Shown piece by piece: positions 1-11,577 of a DNA stretch of 64,000 nucleotides. Position 1 is the first letter of the stretch. Each line of letters opens with the position of its first letter. A program made the position numbers and the translations under genes. The DNA is from Takakia lepidozioides. Taxonomy: Eukaryota > Plantae > Bryophyta. The notes beneath the pieces were generated by a model. It saw nothing but the letters and a program-made list of their open reading frames with translations, did not search any database and had not been told where the DNA came from. Where the stretch lies: contig CM060731.1 in assembly GCA_030704615.1 (NCBI GenBank), forward strand, positions 19,096,001-19,160,000, written 5' to 3'.

Positions 1-259
1 TGATTTCGAAGCTGCCTTCAAACATGATTTCGTTGCCCTCTGGGTCCGAAGCCTCAACCTCCAACAAAATTATCAGACTTCGAGTAGGCTCCACTTGCCA
101 TCGTACGAGGTCCGGACGAGGAAGTACGCGTCGCATTGGTGGCCCATTGTCTCGAGAGCGTCGGCGTGATGTTGAAGGTCGTGAGAGTCGGAACGGCTGA
201 TCTGGTAGCTGGGTAAGCGACAACTCCAATGTATTTGGTTCCTGTGACTCCATACAAGA

Positions 260-1265
260 CATTTTTTCCAACTTGACATATAGTTTTTTTTTCCCTCAAT
301 TTATCAAGGACAAGGCGTACATGTCGACCATATTCTTCTTCATTCTGTGAAAATATCAAAATGTCGTCCAAATAGATGACTACAAAGTCATCTAAAAATT
401 CTCGAAAAATGTCATTCATCATGTGTTGAAAAATTGCTGGAGCATTTGTAAGACCGAAAGGCATAACACTGTATTCGAAATATCCATACCTTGTGCGAAA
501 AGCAGTCTTCCATTCGTCTCATTCTTTTATTCGTACAAGATTGTAAGATCTTCTCAAGTCGATCTTTGTGAAAAAATTTGCTCGTCCAAGTTGTTCGAGG
601 AGTCCGGAAATCAGCGGTAGTGGGTAACGATTTTTTATAGTGACTTTGTTGAGCCCACGATATTCCACACACACGCGTAACGATCTATCGTTCTTCTTCA
701 CAAATAAGATAGGTGCTCCCGCGGGTGATTTCGAATGTCGAATGAAATTCTTTGACAAATTTTCATCAATGTATTCGCGTAAAGCAGCCAGCTCCGTCTG
801 AGATAAAATCGGGCCGAATGGTGGTTGAGCTTCTTCTTGCAACTCAATTGCACAATCATAAGGTCGATGTTCTGGCAACATGTCTGCATTTTTCTTCTCG
901 AAGACATCCTTGAAATCTTGATATTGAGTGGGTAATGTCGAAGTACCTTGGTCTGTTGTGGTTTTGATCGGAGTCGCATAAAGTGCAAATGTCGCGTCTT
1001 TCTTTGTAGCTCTCATGAAGGCTCTAGCTCCAAGAAACAGGGATTGAATTCCTTTGGTACCCGAGTCCAAAAGTGCTTCTACAGAAATATCTCGATTTTG
1101 CATCCTGATCTTTACTGGAACTGTGAAACAAGGTACAGGGTTTGGAGGTAGAAAAAGACTTTTTTTTGGTGAGGAATTTGGGGTGTCCAGCCGCATGGTC
1201 CCTACTGTGACTGGACATCTTCGTTTTTCGACCTCCTCGTATCGAACACTTGAGTTGTGCCCCAA
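260..1265 (-). pseudogene. pol: Retrotransposon pol fragment (protease remnant + reverse transcriptase), frameshifted
   Basis: ORFs 519-1265, 412-672 and 54-464 overlap in different frames. Motifs [27 protein letters not shown]. Confidence 0.9.
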
Positions 1266-1269
1266 GCTT

Positions 1270-2323
1270 TGAATCTTCTCTTGTTGGAGCAGTTTAATGC
1301 TATGTGATCATCTTCTCCGCAATAAAGACATAATCCATTTGAGCGTCGTCTTTGTTTTTCTTATGTCGTCAATGACTTGAATCGGACAACATCAATCTGC
1401 ATAGGATCATTACCGGATGTCTGATGGATCGTTGTGTTTGGTGTCGTAGTAGCAGCTGCATGGTGCGTCGTCGACCATCCAGATCGTTTCTCTTGACGTC
1501 TTTCGAACAAACGATTATCGCATGCAATGACTTGGGTGATGAATTCGCTCAGTGTACTCACGTTTGGCATTATCAGCAACAAATCTTTTACATCATCTTT
1601 TAGGCCACATTGAAACTGACTAATGAGACTTTTCTCATTCCAGTCGAGGTCGCACGCAAGTTATCGAAATTCGGCAGCATAAACAGAAGCTGGACGTGCT
1701 CCTTGTCAAAGATTTCGCATCTTTGTTTCTGCAACTCTCTCTCCATCATTCTTTCCAAACGTTGCAATGAACTCGGATATGAACGCTTCAAAATTGTATA
1801 GTAAATGCGAATTTTTCTCTAATAGCGGTGCAAACCAAGATCTTGGTTTTGACTGTGAAGGGTTTGCCGAAGGCCAGTATGGCCACAGTCATGCAATTCT
1901 ACAATTCTTATGATTTAGGGCAGTGCCGGATAGAAAGGTGCCAACAAATTCCACTTGAATACCTTTATCAGGGTAGCGTTGTGGATGTAGTCGTAGAAAC
2001 AATCGTACTTGTTGAACAAAACCGTGAAATCTTGATCTCGTCCCATCAAATTTTTCGGGCATGCTGACCTTTGGTTCCCTTGTAATCTGTTGAAGATTTG
2101 GAGGAACCGTTGTAGTAGGATTTGTTATAGTAGGGACTCGTAAGGTTGAAGATCCATTGTTCGACTCCTTTAACTCTGAAATTTGTTGTCGCAAATTGTT
2201 GAGAGCGTTGTCAAGATCTTGAGACTGATCAGCTTGTAGTTGGGCAGTAGAGGCACGAAGTTCTTGCATCTGGAGCTGAAGACTCTGCAATGTAGCGACC
2301 ATTTCCGCAAATGTGCCTTTCAT
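1270..2323 (-). pseudogene. gag: Retrotransposon gag, frameshifted
   Basis: ORFs 1889-2323, 1600-1791 and 1361-1582 give a coiled-coil N-terminus, PEKFDG and DPMQID, typical of Ty3/gypsy gag. Confidence 0.85.
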
Positions 2324-2348
2324 CTTAACTAACTAAGGAACAAACTTT

Positions 2349-2359
2349 AGTCTCGCCAA
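2349..2359 (-). promoter_or_regulatory. Putative self-priming primer-binding site
   Basis: Minus-strand TTGGCGAGACT just inside the LTR is complementary (10/11) to AGTCTCACCAA at 2651-2641, ~30 nt downstream of the LTR TATA box. Confidence 0.6.
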
Positions 2360-2361
2360 AC

Positions 2362-3003
2362 TGTCAAGGACGAGAACATGACTAAACACAAACAAGAGAT
2401 CAGACTAGAAATAGAAGACTAGACAAGAAGTCAAGGTCGGCGTGGCCATATGCACAATGAGTAAATATGAATCGAGTGGATCTTTATAACAATGAACAAG
2501 GGTATAAGATATTGGAACACGACTTGAATACTGGAATGCTGAAAACTGGACTGGAGTACCAGATACTAGAAACTAGGCTAGGGTACTGGGAATTGGACTG
2601 GAGTACTGGAAACTGGAAACAAGAGTAGCTTGAACTGGTGTTGGTGAGACTGAAGAGTGTCCAGTCTCGCCTCCTATATATACTGGCTACTAAGAAGCTT
2701 CCATAAGAAACTTCCCCTATGGAGGTTGCTTGCTGGAGAAGTTTTCAAGATTAAACAAAGGTTTCTTGATGGAGAAGCTTCCTTAAACAAATGAGGTATC
2801 TTGATGGAGAGGTTTCCTCCAAAGGAAGCTTCCTGAGCAGTTTCCTAAGTTACTCTTGGTACTTTTGGTAAACTCCGATAACTTGGTAAGTAATGATAAA
2901 TCATGGTACATCACGGTAAGTCATGGTAACTTTCGGTAATATGATAACTTGGTAACTTCTGGTATTTACTCCTGGTAAGTTCCTCTGGGCTATATCCGTG
3001 ACA
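2362..3003 (-). repeat. 5' LTR (642 bp)
   Basis: Termini TGTCAAGGA...TCCGTGACA (8/9 inverted repeat, TG..CA), TATATATA at 2675-2682, directly upstream of gag. Confidence 0.85.
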
Positions 3004-3644
3004 GATGGATTCCGTTAGCAAAGATGCCCTGGGCTTGACTTAGTTTATGTGATTGAGTGGATTCATGAGTAGAGTGTTTCCATTGTGTTCAATTTCATTA
3101 TCATTGTGGCATAGCTTTCTGGGATTGTATGCTTAGAGTGTGTGATGGACAACGATGTATGTTGTGGTACGATGCTTAGGTGCACGACATGGGTCAGGTA
3201 GAATGGTATACATTGACTCACACCATTTCAAAGAAGCCCATGTGTTTTGTTATTGTGGTACGAGATCGTAGTAACATTGAACAATGTCTTTCTCAGTCAT
3301 GCTATATATCTAGAAATTGGGCCATGCAGAAATGGTATTTGTTGACGCACACCACAGGACCCCCATGACCCCCATGACACCGTAGTTTCACGCCCTCTCT
3401 AATGTTACTAGCGTCTTTAAAAGCTTGCCTCCCATTTCTCAGCTATATATATGTACATAACATATTGTCGACCCTGACCCCTCAACAAAATACCCAAAAC
3501 AATAAAACTTGATCGTGACAGTGTTTGTGGCACAGCACAGAATAAAATAATTGCAAATCATAGAAAAGATAGATTCTCCATTTCATCTAGTCTACGTGTT
3601 TCCACCCATTGCAAGCAAACATGAACTACATGTGGCAAACTACA

Positions 3645-3810
3645 TTTTATCCGCGGAAATAGGCACACACCGCGGTAATACGTCCTGTAACTTGAAAAAA
3701 AATAAAATAAATATATGGGCTCCCCAGCTCAATCGTGACGTGGCGTGAGCCTTGCCAGGCTCACATGTTCGCAGGTTCATGCCGCCAGGCTCACGTTCTA
3801 GCATTCCCCC
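3645..3810. mobile_element. Orphan terminal fragment related to the right end of element A
   Basis: Paired CCGCGG (3651, 3670), GTGACGTGGCGTGAGC and CCAGGCTCACG..GCAT.CC occur in the same order as at 39590-39765. Confidence 0.6.
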
Positions 3811-6800
3811 TTCGTGGCAGAGGTTTAATTCCCCCAAATGGCATTTTCGCTCAACAACATGCTTCGTAATATGCAGTGTTGTTGTTACGTAGAAAAAATT
3901 ACAGCCCTTGCCGCTCCCACAAACAAAACACTATATGTTTTGAGTTCGCATAAAACTGATCAAACATTCTTGACAGTAGCCATCGGTTCTAGATCATATG
4001 CCACAGAGTTCCCAATTGGTGTTCCTTGTAACCCAATTAGGAGCCAACTTGGTTGAAATTCTCAAATGAAAAAAAAAAAAAAACTGTTGTTCACGGAATA
4101 AATTACGAGCCAGACTTCTTGTTGCATCCCAGGTGAGACCGCCCTTGTCCTCGCCCTTGAGACAGACTCGAAACGACTTGACTATGAACTTTTGGGGCAC
4201 TGAGTTCATTTCGATATTAATTTCAAAAAATTCCAAAAATGACTCGAAATCCTCCCCCATATTATATTCAAGGTGTTGCTATGCATTCTTTCTCCAGAGT
4301 CAGCTTGCTTGGCGTGGTACTGTTTTGATTACTCAACATCTTCATGAGGAGGGGGGGGGGGGGGGGGTGGGGATTAGAAATCAACCCCATTGCCTCACAC
4401 AATTTCTCAACATCAACTGCTGGTTCAGGGATGGCCTCAGGGCCCTTCTGCTTGGCATCTCCAGTTGAATCTCCTCGCCTTGTCCTATTTCTCTCACTAG
4501 CAATTCCATTCCCTCTCCCCGGCTGCACGAGCCTCCAACTCACTTAGTCCTACCATCTCTTCAGCTTCCTTTTAGTCTAACATGGCTCTAGTAACCACAG
4601 GTATAAGAGAAAGGATGGCTTTAATTACCTGTCAAGTACACCCCTTTGCCGAGAGACTGCCACACTCCCCGTTCTGTCTTGAGCCAAAATGTGACACGAA
4701 CAATGGCTCGAATCACCTTTTTCTTGATCACTAAAATGTGGGTGCAGGGATAACACTCGACCACAACATGATTACAGAAGCCGACTTTCTCCTAGCGAAA
4801 GTTGACATCTGGAAAAACCACAATGTCACTAGCACAATGAGGAAATTCCTTGGCCACAATCCCAACCACTACTTCTTCCCAGGTGAGGTCTTGGGTGGGA
4901 GCAGGAGGAACAACAGGCCGAAGATTCGCAAACACCACAGTAGTACCGCCCTTGATGAACTCCCACAACCTCAATGGGCTTGGTTTAAGAGGTGCCAAAA
5001 AACTCTCGAGTTCAATGCCAAGTTCTCATGTCACTGTGAACTAAGGCACACCCAACTCAGCCCAAGTACGAGTCTAACCTCCCCGCAATCGTTCCTTAGC
5101 CTCACTCAAAGGAATCTTGAGTGCAATCTCCTTGGCATCCCTTTTGATCATCACCTCTCTGTCGCACACAATCTACAAGTTCATTCCTTTCCAACGATAT
5201 TAGCTACCCTGCATCGAGTCCACCAAGATTCCGATCGCAGGGGATGATTCCCCTTCCTCTTCCGGGACAACTCAAAATAGGGGGAATATAGTATGTAAAG
5301 CCGGCTTGCCGAGAAGACAAAATCTGTCCTAGAGGACCCCCGACGATTTCAAGCATTTCGTTCATTCACACCCTCAAGCACGCAGGATGTACACTGTTGC
5401 AGCGTTTTTTTTTAATGGCGAATTTTCGCCAAAATGCTCCAGTAAAAACTGAGCTACTACCCCACTAAAGGAAATTCAAGGCATTTTTTTTTTCCCTTTT
5501 TCGCCAAAACCTGAGGAAGAATGACGAGCCTGTCGCAGCCTGTTCTCCACGAGGGAGACATGTGGCGCCATCCAGTGGCTGCCCTAGCCTACATGGACGG
5601 GCCAGATATTGAGGAGGGTTGGGGTGTAGTAGCGAGCGCCGACCTTGGCTATGGTGGAGGAGCACACCACTTCCGCCTGCAAGCACTAAGGTTTCGCCAT
5701 AGCCAGCGTACATCTTGAGCCTTGCATTAAGCAAGGAATGAACGCAAGCCTTGCATTAGCTAGCAAAGAATGAACAGGCATCATTAATTCATTGGTTGCA
5801 GGCATCATTAGGGTGAACCATTGTTTGCCTATACACCCTACTGAAATGCTGCCTGCAAACAATGTTCATGAATTTTGATATGTCTTTAGTAGCGCAATCT
5901 ATATTTTTGCTTTGTTAGAATGGACTAATCTTGCTTCACATAATTTGGTATCCTGGTTGGTTTTTGGTGCATGTTGGGTGGTGTGGTGTTGCAGGCCACA
6001 GTGGGCAAAGTCATTATGACTGAGGTTCAATTCCTTCATAGGTACTTTATAGATTAGACTTCTTGTCAACTATGCTGTGACTTTGTGTTGTGACTTCTAA
6101 GTTCTATGCTTCAATGGTGCTGCCAATATTGCATTTGTATGTTGCCAAATTACACCCATCACCACTTCAACCATAGCCTAAATGAGGCTATGGATTTCCA
6201 TTCGCCAAATTACACCCACCAGCACTTCAACCATAGCCTGAATGAGTTACTACTTATGGATTTCCATTCGTCAGCTTGTCTACAAGCAAATGGATGTTGG
6301 CGCATAATCCAGCCACCAGACTCAAACTTTGTAGCCACTCTTTTCGGAATCAGATTCTCTGCTATAGCCACACCAACTGAATCTTCCCCTTTCAAGGTGC
6401 CACTCGTGCCTTATTCAAAATTCAAGAAAAAAATCCCTGCACTGTTGAGATCAAAATCCACTCGGTCCAAGTACCTTGTTTAAATAGAAGTGCCAAGGGC
6501 TAATCATCGGGACCACGTGTCATCAGACCAGAGACTCCTCAGATTACAAGCGATGTGCTTCACACGTACACAACACTTATGATAGAAGTGGCTGGGCCTC
6601 CCGAATGGTTATTTTTTCCATTCCACTCTAATACCGTCGATTTATAGGGCCTCCGTCCCCTCATTTGGGGTTTATATTCATTTGACGAGACCTTATGGTT
6701 ACTGGCCATGTTGCTTATGACAGCACGGTGGTGTCTTCGTGTGCACAGGAGGCGCAGTGTGACGCTGGGCTGGGCTAGGGATCTCATTCCAGTGTGCAAT

Positions 6801-7715
6801 TGTGTTCTGGATGTGTTGGTGAAGAGTGTGGATTGATGAAAGTGGTATCTCGTCCTGTCCTCCAGGCAAGACCCCATCTTGGTGTGACAGCACCCCCAAA
6901 CAGCTGCATACTGTACCTAGAGGAGAAGCATCCGTGCTCTGGAAACTCAACATCCGTGAAATGCAACTATGTTTTAGTATTTGATTTGCCACCATGGGCA
7001 GCACTGATTGTGTGTGTTGCTGCTTAGTTCACAGGCAGATCAATGCAGGTGTACGGAATGACGAGTTCCACCAAAATCAACCCAAACTAAGTCTTGGGAT
7101 CTATATTGCTGCTGTCCGTGTTTTCCCTTCCGCTGCAGCATGCACGCTCTGATCAACGAATAGCACATACTAGGAGAGCCCCTTCTTTTGTCGCTACATG
7201 CAGCCCTCGCAGCCAAGGAGGAGCTGGTCAAAAAGTATATCTTCTTTTTGTTATTCACATATCCCTTACTTTGGTGTCAACTTATCAATATATCCATGCA
7301 AGTTAGTCAAGGGCTCTATCTGAAGCAGCATTGCGAGAAACATACAAACATGTCCAATTTTTAGATGCTGAACAAACGGCTGCCCCTCTAATCAAGCTCC
7401 TTACAAACCGTATGCACTTCCATCTTCAAGCTTTGGAGCAGCTCCACCACCCACACCAGAATTGGCACAGCACTCTGACTTCCTTCCGCTATCACCAGAG
7501 TCAGTCAAAATCCCTCCTTCAGTCAAGTGCAATTGTGGGCTGACTTCCCACCTATGCTGGGTAGACCCCACTATCATTTCCTGTGGATATGTCACAGGAA
7601 ATGCCCTCAAGCGTGCATCGTGGTCAATATACTCAGGAAATGGTGGATGAACTGAGTAGCTACACAGATCCATGAATGAAGCAAGATACTTGCAACTTTC
7701 CAGAAAAACATTTTT

Positions 7716-10700
7716 TCACCAGTAATCCCCACAAGAACAAACCCCATCTTCAAAGTGGTGAAAACGGTTAGCGTCCCGTACAACAATTGCTCGGCCAACA
7801 ATCTTTGAGATGAATTTGGTGGAGGTGTGGCAGTCACCACACACCCGAAGATTCTTGATGAGACGGAGAGGCGTCCTAGGGGTCGTGCTGATCAGCCCAA
7901 AACCAATGGCCAGCTTCTCACTGTGGTGGCAAAGAGAAAATTCCTTTTGCTCCTCCCCCACATCATGCAATACAAAGCGCGTGTCAGGCACATACCCTGC
8001 CTCCTTCATCTGCCCAGACAATCTTCTCAGCTCAGCATGGATTTCCTTGATTTTGGGATGCCATTTGTCATCTACAACAAAGGTGTGCACCCTGTTGCCA
8101 ACCTCAATGCAGCAGTGACCTGGCTCCTTTCTAACCCCTTTGACCTTCATCATTGTTCTCACCTTTGCACTATCATCCCAACTGCCAGCTGCAGCATAGA
8201 TGTTTGATAGCAACACATAAGTCGCGGCATCCTGTTCATCCCACTTGAGAATAGATGTTGCCGCATGTTCAGCCATCACCACATTGCCATGGATTCTGCA
8301 GGCACCGAGCAAGGCCCTCCAAACCATAGCATTTGGTTTCATTGCCATTTTATCAATGACATCCTTTGCCTCATCCAATCGCCCGGCACGTCCAAGAAGG
8401 TCCACCATGCAGCCAAAGTGTTTTATTGTCAGAGTGACACCATGAGCTTGACTAAGGGAACCAAAGTAGTGTCTTCCTTCATCCAGTAGGCCAACGTGGC
8501 TACATGCAGAGAGAACACATATAAAGGTGATACTGTCCGGCTGCAAGCCTTCCATTTGCATTCCTTCAAATAGTTGCAGGGCTTCCCTATGACAACCATG
8601 CTGGGCATATCCTGCGATCATACCATTCCAGGACACCACATCTCGTTCGGCCATATTGTTGAACACTCCCTTTGCATCTTCAATGCTCCCACATTTGGCG
8701 TACATGTCCACCAGGGCAGTGTTCAGAATGATATCTGGTACAATTCCAGCTTTAGCGATGTCACCATGGACCTCTTTGCCCTTTTCCAGGGCTGCCAGGC
8801 TAGCACAAGCATTGCACACGCAAACAAACGTGATGTGGTTGGGCTTCACCCCTTCCCGCATCATTTGCTCATATGTCTCCAAAGCCTCCATCCCGCGCCC
8901 CTGCTGTGCATATCCTGCAATCATTGCATTCCACGACACTACATCACGTTCAGACATAGTGTTGAACACTCCCTTTGCATCTTCAATACTCCCACATTTG
9001 GCATACATGTCCACGAGGGTACTGTTCAGAATGACATCTGGTACAATTCCAGCTTTGACAATGTCACCATGGACCTCTTTGCCCCTTTCCAGGGCTGCCA
9101 GGCTCGCACATGCATTGCAAATGCAGACAAAGGTGATGTGGTTGGGCTTCACCCCTTCCCGCATCATTCGCTCATAGGTCTCCAAAGCCTCCATCCCGCG
9201 CCCCTGCTGTGCATATCCTGCAAACATCGTGTTCCACGACACCACATTTCGTTCAGCCATATTGTCGAACACTCCCTTTGCATCTTCAATGCTCCCACAT
9301 TTGGCATACATGTTCACCAGGGCAGTGTTCAGAATGACATCTGGTACAATTCCAGCTTTGACGATGTCACCATGGACCTCTTTGCACTTTTCCGGGGCTG
9401 CCAGGCTCGCACATGCATTGCAAATGCAAACAAACGTGATGTGGTCGGGCTTCACCCCTTCCCACATCATTTGCTCATAGGTCTCCAAAGCCTCCATACC
9501 GCACCCCTGATGTGCATATCCTGCGATCATTGCGTTCCATGACACCACATTTCGTTCAGCCATATTGTCGAACACTCCCTTTGCATCTTCAATACTCCCA
9601 CATTTGGCATACATATCCAGCAAAGCAGTGTTCAGAATGACTTGTGGTACAATTCCAGCTTTCAGAATGTCACCATGGACCTCTTTGCCCTTTTCTGGGG
9701 CTGCCAGGCTCGCACATGCATTGCAAACGCAAACAAACGTGATCTGGTTGGGCTTCACCCCTTCCCGTATCATTTGCTCATAGGTCTCCAAAGCCTCCAT
9801 CCCGCACTCCTGCTGTGCATATCCTCCGATCATCGCGTTCCATGACACCACATCTCGTTCAGCCATATTCACAAATACTCCCTTTGCATCCTCGATGCTC
9901 CCACATTTGGCATACATGTCCACCAGGGCAGTGTTCAGTATGACATCTGGTACAATTCCACCTTTGACAATGTCACCATGGACCTCTCTGCCCTTTTCCA
10001 GGTCTACCAGGCTGGCACACGCATTGCAAACGCATACAAACGTGATGTGGTTGGGCTTCACACCTTCCCGGATCATTTGCTCATAGGTCTCCAAAGCCTC
10101 CATCCCGCGCCCCTGCTGTGCAAATCCTGCGATCATCACGCTCCATGATACCACATTTCGTTCCGCCATACTGTCAAACACTGCCTTTGCATCCTCGATG
10201 CACCCGCACTTGGCATACATGTCCACGAGGGTACTGTTCAGAATGACACTTGGTGCAATTCCAGCTTTGATGATGTCACCATGGACCTCTTTGCCCTTGT
10301 CCAGGGCTGCCAGGCTTGCACATGCATTGCAAACGCAAACAAACGTGATGTGGTTGGGCTTCACCCCTTCCCGCATCATTTGGTCATAGATCTCCAAAGC
10401 GTTCGTACCACACCGATGCTTGGTAAATCCTGCCAGCATTATATTCCACGTGATCAAAGATCGTTGGGGCATTCTTTTAAACACTTGGTGAGCATCCATG
10501 ATGCTCCCGCACTTAACATACATGTTGACAAGGGTGTTGTGTAGAAAAACGTTTGGCTTGAATCCATTTTGGATAATGTGCGCGTGCACCTGCTTTCCAG
10601 CTTCCAGGCCTCCCATCTTGATGCACTTATGCAAGAGACAAACATAAGTATCTGAATCTGCTGAAATGCCTCCTTGGTTTAAAGTCTGTAGAGCCTCTTT

Positions 10701-10943
10701 CAGTTGCCCTGCCTCACAGAGCATCCTCACATGCCCAGACGTGCCAGAAGAGGAATTGTGGACTCCCTCTCTAGGTCCTCTTTCAGAAGCTGCGGTCATG
10801 GTCGAGGTGCCTGATTTTATCAACAGTGCCGTTGCCGCTGATGCTTCCAGCTGACCATCTACCCATGCAGGTTTCTTGTAGCTATTGATCCACAGGGGAT
10901 CGTAGGTAATCTTGTGCTTGAAATCCGGTCCTCTTGGATGAAT
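7716..10943 (-). CDS. PLS-class PPR protein with E1/E2 and DYW deaminase domain (C-to-U organellar RNA editing factor), main exon
   Basis: Uninterrupted ORF with ~23 P/L/S motifs including six near-identical 101-aa (303-bp) triplets, PG box (KEPGHCCIEV), HSEKLA, CGDC and C-terminal DYW. The exon opens with the second half of a PDF motif (IHPRGPDFKHK...LW...PAWV). The CAG acceptor at 10946-10944 is inferred. Confidence 0.95.
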   Translation of the reverse strand: MHPRGPDFKHKITYDPLWINSYKKPAWVDGQLEASAATALLIKSGTSTMTAASERGPREGVHNSSSGTSGHVRMLCEAGQLKEALQTLNQGGISADSDTYVCLLHKCIKMGGLEAGKQVHAHIIQNGFKPNVFLHNTLVNMYVKCGSIMDAHQVFKRMPQRSLITWNIMLAGFTKHRCGTNALEIYDQMMREGVKPNHITFVCVCNACASLAALDKGKEVHGDIIKAGIAPSVILNSTLVDMYAKCGCIEDAKAVFDSMAERNVVSWSVMIAGFAQQGRGMEALETYEQMIREGVKPNHITFVCVCNACASLVDLEKGREVHGDIVKGGIVPDVILNTALVDMYAKCGSIEDAKGVFVNMAERDVVSWNAMIGGYAQQECGMEALETYEQMIREGVKPNQITFVCVCNACASLAAPEKGKEVHGDILKAGIVPQVILNTALLDMYAKCGSIEDAKGVFDNMAERNVVSWNAMIAGYAHQGCGMEALETYEQMMWEGVKPDHITFVCICNACASLAAPEKCKEVHGDIVKAGIVPDVILNTALVNMYAKCGSIEDAKGVFDNMAERNVVSWNTMFAGYAQQGRGMEALETYERMMREGVKPNHITFVCICNACASLAALERGKEVHGDIVKAGIVPDVILNSTLVDMYAKCGSIEDAKGVFNTMSERDVVSWNAMIAGYAQQGRGMEALETYEQMMREGVKPNHITFVCVCNACASLAALEKGKEVHGDIAKAGIVPDIILNTALVDMYAKCGSIEDAKGVFNNMAERDVVSWNGMIAGYAQHGCHREALQLFEGMQMEGLQPDSITFICVLSACSHVGLLDEGRHYFGSLSQAHGVTLTIKHFGCMVDLLGRAGRLDEAKDVIDKMAMKPNAMVWRALLGACRIHGNVVMAEHAATSILKWDEQDAATYVLLSNIYAAAGSWDDSAKVRTMMKVKGVRKEPGHCCIEVGNRVHTFVVDDKWHPKIKEIHAELRRLSGQMKEAGYVPDTRFVLHDVGEEQKEFSLCHHSEKLAIGFGLISTTPRTPLRLIKNLRVCGDCHTSTKFISKIVGRAIVVRDANRFHHFEDGVCSCGDYW

Positions 10944-11126
10944 CTGGACCCACACTCTATCCTTGCTCCTTCAGCTATTCCTGCTTCTGCACAAATCATG
11001 CATACATCCTCGCCTTGCTGCTAGCAGCTGACAATGTCAGCCGAGATTAGTTCTAACAAACATCCCAATCCCACATATCACACTAGTTCCTATGCTGAAT
11101 TGCATCTGCTTCTCTCTGGTATTCAC

Positions 11127-11225
11127 CTTTTTGCCTCGATTGTCCCACCACTGACTGGGGTCGGAGAAGAATTCATTCCAAAGCTTCTCCTCATTTGGCT
11201 CAGCCTTGAGACTTTCAAAGTTGGT
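11127..11225 (-). CDS. Upstream exon of the PPR gene: N-half of an OSB-type PDF motif
   Basis: TGCAG acceptor, 33 codons TNFESLKAEPNEEKLWNEFFSDPSQWWDNRGKK, GTGAAT donor. Joins in phase 0 to IHPRGPDFKHK. Confidence 0.75.
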
Positions 11226-11324
11226 CTGCACAAATCATGCAGACATCCTGACAGCGTGGAGTTCTTCCACCAGCAAACAACCCAACCCTACTTATTACAC
11301 TAGTTCCTTTGAATATGCATTCAT

Positions 11325-11437
11325 CTTTTTGCCTCGATTGTCCCACCATTGACTGGGGTCGGAAAAGTATTCATTCCAAAGCTTCTCCTCATTTCTGTTA
11401 TCTGTTTTTGGGTACTTTCCCGCTGCCATATTGGCAA
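11325..11437 (-). CDS. Duplicated PDF N-half exon with a non-canonical (AT) donor
   Basis: VANMAAGKYPKTDNRNEEKLWNEYFSDPSQWWDNRGKK, a 198-bp-offset duplicate of the 11127 exon. The donor reads ATGAAT instead of GTGAAT. Confidence 0.55.
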
Positions 11438-11577
11438 CTGAACATGTCAAAATCACTCCAAACCACCCTAGATCGACCCAATGAGCTAACTTACAAAATT
11501 CAACATGCAAAATCAGAGACAAGTATGATGAGAGGGCAAAACAGGCTGAAATAGGTTGAAGAAGAAGGCGCCCTCAC

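Larger units (their letters stand above)
260..3003 (-). mobile_element. Decayed Ty3/gypsy LTR retrotransposon (Tcn1/Tf1-like): 5' LTR, gag and partial pol
   Basis: LTR at 2362-3003, gag fragments (REPKVSMPEKFDGTRSRFHGF; DPMQID), protease remnant (ALLDSG) and RT (MPFGLTNAPAIFQ...YLDDILIFS) in gypsy order. Similarity ends near 260. Confidence 0.9.

Noticed and set aside
1-259. Continuation of pol (RNase H/integrase)
   Set aside because: No recognisable pol motifs in any frame. Probably unrelated sequence that cannot be identified at the window edge.
4268-5280. Possible LINE ORF1 remnant or gene
   Set aside because: Only short ORFs with no motif I can confidently assign.
5400-5515. hAT/MITE-like terminus (CAGCGTTTT...TGGCGAATTTTCGCCA)
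   Set aside because: No partner end or TSD found.
8574-10544. Plus-strand ORFs up to 322 aa over the PPR gene
   Set aside because: Antisense shadows of the 303-bp PPR repeats.
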